NCBI GenBank assembly: GCA_012295275.1
Contig: CM022672.1
Coordinates: forward strand, 21,142,001 to 21,206,000
Direction: 5' to 3'
Source: Chrysomallon squamiferum
Taxonomy: Eukaryota > Animalia > Mollusca
DNA length: 64,000 nt
Shown here: piece after piece, positions 13,827 through 28,000 of the stretch
How positions within the stretch are numbered: position 1 is the first letter of the stretch
Layout: the number at the start of each line of letters is the position of its first letter
Notes under the pieces: model-generated
What the model was told of the DNA's origin: nothing
Seen by the model: the letters and a program-made list of their open reading frames with translations, nothing else
The model's database searches: none
Made by a program: the position numbers and the translations under genes

Positions 13827-15716
13827 GAGTTCAAAGAAATAGAAAAAAGAAATAGGACACAAACATAAACAAAAGAAAAAGTAAAAGTTATATGTTCCTT
13901 CCATTAATGACAGTAGGTTTATGATAAGTGGAGTAGATATTTTTGTTGGGAGAATTTCGGTAGTTTGCACATCTTTAAACCAGTGGTTCCCCAATGTTTT
14001 TAGATAAACGGAGCCCAACAATGAAAAACATTGTGGAACATTAAAAAAGAAATTTAAAAGTTCTGTTAAACTTTCAAGCCAGAACTTTGCTGAAGCTAAA
14101 TATAAAAATCACAATGTAACGCGGAATAAGAAATTATTATGCAACAAGTCCATCTGTTACGGACATATTGTATTTTTTTTAATATCAATTGACATCTTAT
14201 TCTGAATTTTATCGCAGAATCCCACTTAATTACAGGAAATATAACTTGAAATCCGACACGATGTGCTTTGCTTCAGGTTTAAAGGAGTTTACCACAATAT
14301 GTGGGAAACAGTTATGCATGATTATCAGATATTACACATATCAAGTAATATGGAAAATATCAGTCCAATGTGAAAAAAAAAAAAAAAAAAATGTATTTGC
14401 TTCGTATTCGCTAGGCTAATATCAAGTTTGGGAGTAAATTTGCCTAGATGTTTTTCTGTAATGGGATTAAACGGCTGTAAACAACTGTAATCAGCTGTAA
14501 ACAACAACAACAACAAAAAATAATAATCATAATAAAATTGCATAAATAAAACAAAATAAGGAATCCAGGTAATACATTTGTAACGATGTAGCCACACACA
14601 CACACACATATTACCCTATTTAATCCTTAAAACAGACTATAATTTGTAGAAAAAATAAGGTGATAGTCCTTTGCAATGAGTAGGTTTCTATAATTTTCAC
14701 AGTGATAACTGAAAACTGAATTCTGTGTGAACACTTTTTTGGAGGTAATGCAAACATAATTTGTAATAAAACGTTTCGTTTTTGGATCCAGCTCAGTTTC
14801 TGCGGTTTCCATTTTATTTTTTCATCTATAGGATAGTTAATAAAATGAGCCTCGAAACTGTGTCAGTAGAAATTTCTAACCATTTAAAGCTACCGATTTT
14901 CAACCATCTAGAAACAAATTGAAACTGAAACAAACCAGTAAAGGCAATCTTTAGCAGAAATTGTCACTTTTGTAATACAACACTCTGTTAGTGTAAATAA
15001 GCCTTTAAAATATTTATTAAGCAGCGTTCTTGGCATCTCACATCTTTTTCAGAAAATTATTTTATTGGCGTGTATAAAAGTAGGTCATCAGCTATCTATG
15101 ATACTACATGCATAGTCCTACGAACTGAACCTATGCTCCACACACATACACACATCCACACACACGTGTACACACAAATACAAATACATACCCACACACA
15201 CATACACACGTGTACACAAACATACAATCAATCATACACTGGTTTTGGTTTACATTGATATATTAGTTTTATTACGGGTTAGGTTTGGCACTAACGATTC
15301 GCTTCAAGTATGATACATGTTCATCTTAACGTCGTTTACGTTTACATACATGAGGACTATAAATCGTATTTTAGACTTTGTTCTTGAACTCATTCTTCAC
15401 CAGAATAAATCCTATTTATTAAATTCATAAATGTGTACGTATATCACAGGTTAATAAAAAAATACATGTTTATGTGTCTACATGTGCATGCAACAGTACA
15501 TGCAACAGACACATATAGAAGTATATATTTAAGCAACCATCTATCTGTCTAATCCACCTAGTGTGTGCGTGCGTAGATAGAGCGATAGCGTGTAAATTTG
15601 TAATAACAAACACATAAAAATACATGGAATACTATAAGCAGAATATAATAACACATACGCAAAAATGCAAATATATTGACAGTCATGAATTCACACATCT
15701 ATACTACAAATGTCTA

Positions 15717-15845
<129 letters not shown>

Positions 15846-16631
15846 AAATATATATATATTTATTCAGGCAGGGTTTATAATGGCTGATCTGGTGCGAAAA
15901 AGGTATTATTTATAACTTGAATCATATTCTGCAACAACAACTACTACTATTGCTGCTGGTGTTGCTCCTGCTACCATTACTCCTATTACTACTACTAACA
16001 ACAACAACAACAATAACATTAATAAATAAATAAATAAATAAATAACATTAAAGTAAATATTTAAGAAATAAATGTTATTATTACTAAAAATTAAATGAAA
16101 AAGAAGAAAAAAGAGAGAGAATATATAAATTAAATTTTAGTACAAAAGTATCAATCCTTTTGTCAATATATGTGTCCTTTTGGTATTTTTTTTATCTAAA
16201 TAAATCTTTTACTAAAATCACGTTCGCATAAATGGACATTTTACTGTTGACGTTTCTGAGAAATGGTCTTTTGATTCAAAATAAAACTTTAACGCTCAGG
16301 TCAAGTTTAAATTTATTAACTGGAAAAGTCATCACATTGTCCACTTGGGTGTGAATTTTATTTTAAAAACACACAAAAGTATTTAATCCTCAGTCTCAAG
16401 TTTTAAAACGTGCAGACATAAAAGTTAGAAAATAATCTTCTTCCCTGACTGACCTTTTGTCAAATAAATATTATTTTGAACCAGTATTTGCAGTACATTC
16501 ATGTACCTAATCATGATATACAGATTCATTAATACTGGTGTAGTTTTCATGCACACTCGAGAATAAAAAGTTCTTTTAGTTCATATTTAGGACAGGTATT
16601 TAATTAAATGTTTCTCTGATGGTATCTAACC

Positions 16632-17172
16632 AATCGGTAGCTTTAAATGGTTAGAAATGTCTACTGACACAGTTTCGAGGCTCATTTTATTAACTATCCT
16701 ATAGATGAAAAAATAAAATGGAAACCGCAGAAACTGAGCTGGATCCAAAAACGAAACGTTTTATTACAAATTATGTTTACATTGCCTCCAAAAAAGTGTT
16801 CACACAGTTTTCAGTTTTCAGTTATCACTGTGAAAATTATAGAAACCTACTCATTGCAAAAGACTATCACCTTATTTTTTCTACAAATTATAGTCTGTCT
16901 TAAGGATTAAATAGGGTAATATGTGTGTGTGTGTGTGGCTACATAGTTACAAATGTATTACCTGGATTCCTTATTTTGTTTTATTTATGAAATTTTATTA
17001 TGATTATTATTTTTTGTTGTTGTTGTTGTTTACAGCTGATTACAGTTGTTTACAGCCGTTTAATCTCATTACAGAAAAACGTCTAGGCAAATTTACTCGC
17101 AAACTTGATATTAGCCTAGCGAATACGAAGCAAATACATTTTTTTTTTTTCACACTGGACTGCTATTTTCCA
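16632..17172 (-). repeat. ~540-bp inverted copy of the inter-gene spacer (homologous to ~14351-14898 and ~5752-6293)
   Basis: Reverse-complement match. The spurious METAETELDPK ORF is on - at 6022-6207 and 14627-14812 but on + at 16718-16903. Confidence 0.9.
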
Positions 17173-17457
17173 GTTGACACTGGACTGATAATTTCTAAGC
17201 TTTAATTTTGAATCTCCTCTTTCTTCCAAGTTCGGCATGTTTCTCTACATAATTAGAAGTACGTTAGTATCGCTAAATCCAGCTTCAACCATACATGAAG
17301 TGGGGAATGGTAAAATAAAATGTAGTACACTAGCAAAAAATTATTTCACAAATGTAGCTGTGATTTCAACGATACCTTTGCATTCTATGCTGTTGTGGTC
17401 AGTTTTGGATTTTTTTGAATATTAAAATTTCTAAAAAACAACAAAAAACAACAACAT

Positions 17458-17501
<44 letters not shown>

Positions 17502-18025
17502 AAGATCAAGAAGAAAGAAAGAAAAAACAACAATAATATCACTTTATCTCTGATCGACATCACGGCGGTGGGGGCTCGGACCACGTTAGAAATCAGTGTT
17601 GAAAACATTTAATTCAACTCGGTATGAGAAATCTGATGCGCTCTTAATAAATATCCGTCGAAACATTTGTATTTAGATCATCACTACAGAAAACAAAAAG
17701 CTCTACTTATTATTATTGTTATTGTTGTTATGAATAACTGGTGAACTTGAAACGGCTGTACATAAAAGAATAAATCGTTAAGCATGACATTAATATGTTT
17801 ACCCATCACAATTTGGACATTGATTTCTGATAGCTCAACGTTTCTACTTATACACCAAGAGCGATATTTCTTCTTCTTTTTTTTCCTGGAATTCTTTCCT
17901 TTTTCTTAATTCCCTAAAATCTTAAAAGTCCATTTATAATCAAAACATCTAATTAATTTACATGTTCTTAAACATTGTGTACCACAATAATAATAATAGC
18001 AACAACAACATCAACAACAACATTC

Positions 18026-18078
<53 letters not shown>

Positions 18079-18344
18079 CATAATAATAATAATAATAACT
18101 ATTATTATTATTGTTGTTGTTATTGCTATTACCATTATTACTATTATAATTATTATTATTATGATTATTATTACTAGTATTATTATTTTATTCATTCATT
18201 CATTCATTTATCTGCTGAAAATAATTATACTATTACAAATATATAAAAAGTAGTGATTAAGTTAGATTTCAAGACGTTTACATTACAGAGCATAACTTTC
18301 CTTTCACCATAATTAATTTCTATAAATATTTTTTCTTTTCAAAG

Positions 18345-19829
18345 GTTTTATTTCCTTCATTTCTGTCGACTGCGCAGACAGACAAGATGCTGGAGAAAGA
18401 GCAAACAAGGTGATGCCAGATCGTCGAAATGTATATGTTGAAGAAAGTCGACAAGAACGATCGGAAATAAATGTGAATGGAAAGAACCGGAAAGATTTAC
18501 ACGATATTGAGCACTGACGGGCGAGTTTGTCTCGGGGATAGAAAATGATATCAGCGACTCTTCAGCTTGCCAAAGAAATGAAAACTTTTTGCTTTGACTA
18601 GGCAAAAAGAAAGCTGGGCTTCCAGCTGTCTGTCCACACTGCAGCTTAACTAGGTCACAGAAGTATATCTATTTTGATAACAAAAATAACACGGCACCAA
18701 ACCGCACAAAGTCGGTATCTTCCATTCATGAAGCAGATATCCCTAAAGAGGAAAGAAGATCGAATATCAATAAAAGGCAAACTTGTCCAGTGTCTGCCAG
18801 AGGGACAGGAGGGAATCCCGAAATAGGACGTATCCGCTACGGAACCTGGCCATTTTGTCTTGATGTTACGAGGAGAGGTCAAAGATGTATCTTGCAGAAT
18901 GCTTATGTAAAGGTTTCAGATATGAATCAAAGGTATTCTGGAGGACAAGTATATCAGTATAATTGTCGAACAGCACGTGATTCGATCAATGGAGCAAACT
19001 CGGCAAACCTAGATGCATTCTTTTATGGAAATGTCGTGAGTAAAGTTTTCCGAAACAATTACCATATGAATCCATTGCCTTACCAGACCTCATTGAAAAC
19101 CCACTGGGGATATCAAAATAATAATTATGGGATTCGAGATCCAAAGAAGCCCTTTTCGGCGATGAGAGTAATCGACTTTATACTTATGTAGCTTTGGATG
19201 TGATCGCACATGAAATTGCTCATGGTATGATAGACCAGAATTCTCAGTTGGTGTATGCAGATCAGTCTGATGGAATAAACGAAGCATTTTGTGATATTAC
19301 AGGTGAGATGGTTGAGGCTCTTTCTGGGTACAGAACTAATGATTGAATGGCCGGAATATTTTCGGAATCCGTCAAGAAATGGTGTTTCAGTCGGCCATGT
19401 AAACAATTACTACAACGGAATGGATGTCCACCATAGCAGCGGTATTTACAATAAGGCATTTTACGAGATGGTTGTGACACAAAGGATACCTATGAGACAT
19501 GCATATCACATGATCATGTTAGCCAATCAAATGTATTGGAATACTAACAGCAATTCAACGTGTCTCCGTGGGTCAATCCATGTTTGCTACCACTGCCCCG
19601 TTCGGCCTATTGGTATAACATATATGTCATTGCATACACCAGCAATGGAAGTCACGTCCTGATGACCATTAAGAACGGAGTCACCATCCAAACCATTGGC
19701 TCAAGGTACGATCGACTCGCTTATTATTTACCCAGTTATGGACAGGATCGTCTAATCTGGTTTTATGCCAGCAGACCCACAACAGTATATTTACGAACGT
19801 ACTATTGTGGATTTAACGGTTGCGTCTAG
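18345..19829 (+). pseudogene. M4 protease pseudogene (copy 3)
   Basis: The acceptor (AAAG|18345) and HEIAH / GINEAFCD / DVHHSSG are retained. Relative to copy 1 there are deletions of ~154 nt (at ~18508), ~108 nt (~18689), 4 nt (~19126), ~35 nt (~19354) and ~157 nt (~19556). TGA stops occur at ~18595 and 19344. There is no upstream promoter or signal exon, and the polyA signal has decayed to AATATA (19879). Confidence 0.93.
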
Positions 19830-20555
19830 TAAACTGATGCTATACATATATGAAAGAAATATTTCTACAATTTTATTGAATATACATCTATGTATTTTCT
19901 TGTAAACAGAACAACACTATGACAACTGATAACTGACTAAAACATTAATAGAAGGATCACCTTTATCTGCTTGTTTTCCTGTTTAATTAAACGTGAAATC
20001 TCATAATGCTATCTGTTGTCTTTTTGTCGATAACTTTATTCTTATGTACCTAAGCACTGTACATTATATATTAGAAACGATACTGATATGTCATTAAGTC
20101 AGTAGAACTGATACTCGGTAACAAATGAAAAGAAATGGCAGAAATGAAAAGACGTCTACTAAAGCCATTTATTCTTCCAAAAAGACAAGTATATGCGCAG
20201 ACACAGACAGGTCTAAGTATATTATTTCCCTAATTACGGTAATAAAATAAATACAAAAAGAAATCAAAAGTAAAAGTTATATGTTTCCTCCATTAATCAA
20301 AATATGATCATAATAACTGGAAGAATTTCGTCAGTTCGGACATCTTGAAATCAGCAGTTCCTTAGCTTTTTAGATAAACTGAGCCCAGCAATAAAAAAAA
20401 AAATATTGTGGAACCTTAGAAAGAAATCTGAATGTAAAACTTTCAAGCCAGAACTTTCCTAGAGAAAAATACTTCTGTCTACATAAATTTAACAATTCTA
20501 TACGTTCATCTTCTAACTGATACTTTCCACACACACACGAACACACATAAACACA

Positions 20556-20595
<40 letters not shown>

Positions 20596-21134
20596 AACCA
20601 AAAAAAAGAACAAAAACGATTCAATCAGATGTACATTTTATGCACACTAAATGTAATTAAAGTGACGAAATCATAATTTATTCATATTCACTTCATTTCT
20701 CTACATAAATGAAATTATATATTTTACTAATATAGAGATACATATAACCAACCAGATGTATTGCTTCTTTTATAAATAATATCTTAACTGAAGATATGTA
20801 AAATATTAGTGTTTATCTACTCTGTCTTTCAGTCCGTCTCTGTATTTGTAGTTGTGTATATATATAATATATATATTTATATATTAATATAACGATTAAA
20901 AATTAATAACGATTTGTTTACAGGGAAACGCCCAACAACCAATAGTTATAAACTGAAACAACCATTTTCTGATAATATCTTCTGAAGACGAATAAAATAA
21001 AACAGGAAACTTTCTGTAATACATGGGCGTTTACATCATCTACATTTTTATTGTTGTTTATTTTGTTTGGTTAATGCACCCGAAATTATATTTATGTATA
21101 CGTGAATGTGTATACCTACCTACATAATATGACT

Positions 21135-22215
<1,081 letters not shown>

Positions 22216-22733
22216 TTCTGACTGATTAAAACATCAATGAATATATTCGCAAGCTCTTATCTCAGTCCACATTACTTAACTTAAATCTATCGTAAAAATA
22301 TATTAAATAGGGAGGGATCGACAGAACGATTTCAAATTATAGATATATATTATTTAAAACTGTTCCAACGAATTTCATATACTAATAAATTTCAAATATT
22401 TGATAACTGAACCTAAATAAATTAAGAACAAAATGGACTACAAAGAAATATATAAAATAATAATATAATAATAATAATAATCATCATCATCATCATCATA
22501 AAAGAAACGAAAAGAACAAATAATTAATCGATGTTTATATCAGGGATAACAGTGTCACTTTTTAACAAATACATATTAGTATGAATGGACATTATGTGTT
22601 CAAGTTTCTGAGAAATGATGCTTCTGATTCAAAATAATACATGAGCGTTCAAATCAGTTTTAAATGTAATAAGTAACAAAGTCATGAAACTTTGCAAGAG
22701 ATTTTTAGTTCCAAGCAAACACATAAAAAGAGT

Positions 22734-24141
22734 GGTATCAGGACAATTGTCCCCAGACAACTACCCCCACAATTTCTTTTTCAAATATACCATACAGAAC
22801 GATTTTCAAGCAACATTCCAATACATTAGTCAAAGTGTGTTGCATTAAACTTAATTGAAAGAATTTGGATTTCTAATTCAATAAATTAGTCAAAGCTAAC
22901 TAGAATCAGCTAATTACTAACTAAACTTGAGTATTTGGATTACTTTGATTTGCTAAAACATATTATAAAATATCATCTAACAATCAAAACTAATTAGAGT
23001 CAGTTAATTACTAATTCAGGCTAATTAAATGCTAAAGCTTCCTTTGATTTGCCAAGTGATCTATAACTGAGATGAATGAAACAGTATATTAGGTCATGCC
23101 TTATAGCAAAAATATTATATTCTCTAAAATAGAGTTCACTGACTCAGAGTGTGGTCATACAAAATTTGCCTTCGAAAACTGTGTATGTCCGACAGAAGGA
23201 ACTTAGTGGTGCAATGTTTTCTTACGAGTGTGAAGGAAGAAGGCAACACGTCCGTAAAGCTAAAATGTACTGTGACTGGATGCTTCTTTCATTTGAGTCA
23301 ATGCATCTGGCGCCAAATTCAACTTATTAGTCTGGCAGTTCGTTACAACACTGATGAAGAGTTTGCTTAACTGATCCATCAGATAGCTGAAATTGCATTC
23401 GTTCCAGTGGATGAAGTCACGGCAGCTTTTGAAACACTATCAGTGATGATTCTGTGTTATAAATATTGGAGTACGTTGAGGACAACTTCGTCTATTGCCA
23501 ATATGGCAGAGCTGGTCGCAGACATGGTCCGCCGTTACAGTCTTGGCATGTGGAACATGCACCAGAGGTTGGAAAAGAATGTGGTGCGGACTAACAACTT
23601 CGTGGAAGGGTGACACCGATGCTTCCAGTCAAACATTGGTGCCATCTGAATTTCTGGAAGTTTATAGACATTTTAAAGCGTGAATAAGCACTAATGAATT
23701 GGGAATAAATCAGATGAACAGAAGAGAAGCACCTCAACCACTTCATCGAAAATACCAAGAAGCTTCATTGTGTTCGTTGAGACTGGTCAGACAGCGTGAA
23801 AACCGACACGTCGTGGACTGTTTGAGTGGAACGTCACACAACATGAAAGTGTGAAAACTGAAAAGTATCAATGAACTCTTGTAAGAAGTGCCTTAGTAAA
23901 CATGGTTATAGTTGAACCTGTACTTGTGAATGAACTGTTGATTATACAAGGCTTTACTAGAGAACTATGAACAGACTACTCTGAATTTCATTTTATATGT
24001 GGTATATTATTTTTGAAGTTTTAAAAAATTTGTTCTTATACATGTAAATATATATTATTGTGCTTGAAAATCATTAGAGGAAGAAAACATGGGGGGCAGT
24101 TGTCCGGTGGTCAGTTGTCCGGGGGAAATTGTCCTAGAAAC
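22734..24141 (+). mobile_element. Degenerate Mutator-like (MULE) DNA transposon
   Basis: Left TIR GGACAATTGTCCCCAGACAACT (22741) pairs with the right end AGTTGTCCGGGGGAAATTGTCC (to 24134). Internal broken frames (~23230-23850) encode GCFFHLSQCIWRQIQ, IAFVPVDEV and WNMHQR...RTNNFVEG*H, typical of MULE transposases, with stops and frameshifts. No target-site duplication was recognised. Confidence 0.85.
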
Positions 24142-24687
24142 AAATATCTCTAAAAAATATATAACTTAAAAAATAAATAAATAAATAAAAGATTAAAAAA
24201 GAAAAAAAAATTGAAAATAGAAAAACCAAAACAAACAAACAAATATTATAAAACAACCAAAACAAAAACCCAAAACCAAAGAATCACAGGAAGAATAACT
24301 GTATCCATTGATTGCTGCTGTTTTTATATGTTCATAACATAAAACTGAATGAAATCCACAATTTTAGCATACATAACAATGACTTCTTTAATGATATAAC
24401 AAATTCAGATATTTCTAATAAATTTCGACATCCGCTTGTTTATCACTATAAGTATCTAAACATAACGAATCACAGTTGTTGCTAAAGTTTTATTACTTGG
24501 AATTTACGTCAAACATAGGATGGGACTGTCGTTTCATTGATGATATCTAGCGAAACCTGAGACAGATTGCGTAAAAAGAAAAAAGAAAAACAGAATGAAA
24601 GAGAAACAAAATGACATTAACTTACACCCAGGTGTTAGATGAAACAGATAACAAAATGATATAATTTTTTTAAAATTCGCTGAAATT

Positions 24688-24793
24688 AACCAATCAAAAT
24701 GAGAAGATAGATAGAAGAAAGATGGCGAATGTTTCATATAAAGGCGACACAAACAAGACGAAACTACATGTTCTGAAGCTTATTCGAAATAAG
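24688..24793 (+). promoter_or_regulatory. Pol II promoter (CCAAT 24690, TATAAA 24737-24742) and non-coding exon 1 of copy 4
   Basis: Same motif order and spacing as the copy-2 promoter despite diverged flanks. Donor AAG|GTGAGA at 24794. Confidence 0.7.
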
Positions 24794-24818
24794 GTGAGAA
24801 ACCTTTCATTACATTTTC

Positions 24819-24939
<121 letters not shown>

Positions 24940-25059
24940 CTATAATAATTTATGGTCTTTTAAATAACAGAGGTACTTTCATAGTTTAGTTTTAAAAATT
25001 AAGGAAAAGAAAGTAAACTATTTAATTCCAGAAGTTTCAGACGTTGCTCGAAAATCAGC

Positions 25060-28000
25060 ATGATGAAGATTGGTTTAGCTGCAGTTGTCTGTAAGTATGT
25101 TTTCTTGATTCTTTTGCGAGTTTAGTAATGTAATTCCTCTGATGTTTCCCTCAGCCTCTTGACATTGTTTTATTAATTTAGATAACCATTAAAAATCTCA
25201 TACAGTTTAGTAACACTCTCTCAAGTGATGTAAGCTCCCATTCCGGAAACGTTCATTTTAACGTTAGGATAAAAATTGCCATGGCAACGATTACGCGATT
25301 TTGTTTTAACCTCCGGAGGTTAGGATCAGTTTTACCATTTTTCGGATGCTGTATATAAATAATGATTTAATTTTCCAGTAGAATGCAGAATTTCATTTAA
25401 AAAACAAAACATTTTAACACTGCAAATTGAAACTACATGGAGAAATATTGGGGTAAATGTTTCCTTTATGAAGCCACAGAATTTAATTCATCATGATACA
25501 AAATATTCTGAGAAGCAATGCAACGCTGCTTAAAGCTTTATTTGATAATATGTGAAGTTATCATGCAACGAATGAGCAATGAAATTTACCTAATTATACT
25601 GCAAATTTCATTTTGATCTGGGACATCAAACTTTTTAAAATTAAATTGCCCTGTGACTCCCAAAGTTTAACGTACAGTTTTATCCTGTTATTGTAATACT
25701 GTCAAGTCTATAATTAGTTGCTGTTTAAAAGATCGACGTAAAAAAAAAAAAAAAAAAATAAAAGCAAAAACAGTAAAATCCAAAACATAGAATAGTCATT
25801 CCATTATAAAATTCACGTTCTAAAACAGAACAGTGATCCCTCCTATATGATATTCACCCCATCTTTTGTACCATATTATTTTATAATACGTTTGTTTTCG
25901 GTGTCGTTTAATGAAAAAATTTAATATTTCTTGCTGGTAATTGTTTTTTGGTGTAGGAATGTTTTTATTCGTAAAATTTATCAAACAGTGCTGAAATCTA
26001 TACTAAATTACGTATTCATAACTTATATGCATCTTGACAGTTGTCTAAAACTGATATCCACCCGTTAAAATGTGATTTGGGGTGCTAATATCAATTTATG
26101 TCTCACAGGGAATACTGTCACAAAACACGTATGATCGACTTCATGTAGTCATGAATATATAGTTAAAGAAAGTTGTTTTAACCATTTGTATACATATTCA
26201 GGATAATAACCAAAGCATTATCAGGTTAAGATTGTACTGGATAGATTGGACCCATGTGGACATGTTTGGAATGGAGATTTTTGGTTAGAAATCACCTTTA
26301 TCTGTGCTGGTAATCCAGTAACTAAAATGGACACCCTGCAGCCAAATCCTGCTCAAAGCCCTGCACGAATATATAAACAGTTAACTCATTATAAACTTAA
26401 ATCAAATTGAATAATTTCATGAGAGAGGTCAGATGATAACAGGCAGTGCAAACATTAGAATCCAACATTGCAGCAAATGGGGAACACTTACTTTTCAGTT
26501 CTGAAGCTGTACAAATTGGAGTCCAAAATTCCATTCAGTTATATTATTTCCTAACCAACAAACAGTGATGTCCTTAATGTCAGTTTGCTCTGTCTACGGA
26601 CCCTTGGCTCCGAGGATGCTTATGTTTTCCTAGGACCATCATCAACTAAAGTCACATTACTTTCAATTCAATGATTACATATATTTTCTGAAAGTTTTAG
26701 GAATTATACATATTTTCTGTAACGTACGTGTGTCTGTGTGTGTGTGATAAGATAAAATTGTTATACTACTAATTAGTATTAACACTGTGTTGCTGCTGTT
26801 GTGCTTGATGCTGTTATTACTACTATATAGTTCAAAAACTATTTCAATAATTGTGCTATTTTTTTTATGTAAGTATGCCTGGCTATGTATGTATATGCCT
26901 ATGTATCCAATTGAAAATAATAATAATAATACAAAGATATATATATATACCGTATATACTTGTGTACAAGGCGACCTTATGTATAAGTCGATGTGTATTT
27001 TAAGACCAAAAATTGCGTCATTTTGTGTATTACTTGTGTATAAGTCGACTGTAGATTCCAGGCACCGTCACTATTTTTAGACCAGTGTGACAGTGCCATG
27101 AAGGCCTACATTGTACGCCTACTGTAACATAACTTGCACGAGCTGTAACTTGCACGAACATACCATAATAACGTAAATGCATGTATTACACGAGCTATAG
27201 CCTAAATGTATCATAAACAGTATTTCAAATATGGCGAGAAGTTGAACTGATTTCTGCTGCAGAACGTTTATAGAAATTTAGTTTGTTTTCGATTTGTCGG
27301 TAGTGGATATTAATGACGATTGCAATATTATTTCACCAAATTCTTTACAATTAAACAAGTGAGTTTTGTTTATGAAATTAGGACCGATATTTAGTGCAAT
27401 TTGGCAGAGCAGTCTGCATTCCTAGATCAGTGCAAGACGCCGTAAGGCATAACGCCGTACTGACGGTTTTCTCGCTTTAAAATGTATTTTTATGTCATTA
27501 AACGGAAGAATATCATGTTTTACCTTCATATTTGGTTTTGTTATTTAATTTTTCAAAAATGTTTATACGATAAAATTATATTTTTGAAAAGCTGAAAGAC
27601 CGGGATTATTTTAGATGCATCCCGTAGCAAAAAATAGTCAAAATGGCGACTCTTCGGCAACAGCTACAAAAGCATTACCTATGTATAAGTCGACCCCCAA
27701 AATATTACCTTAATATAGTCTCCCAAAAATTCGTCTTATACACAAGTATATACGGTATATATTTATATGTTAAAGCATTGATTAACATCGTCTAAAGATT
27801 TTCTTCTGCATAGGGCGTAACTTTGCCTTAACCGTAATTAATTTATTTATATATTTCCTTTTTTTAAAGATATTATTTCCTTCATTTCTGTCGACTGCGC
27901 TGACAGACAAGATGCTGGAGAAAGAGCAAACATGGTGATGCCAGATCGTCGAAATGTATATATTGAAGAAAGTCGACAAGAACGATCGGAAATAAACGTG

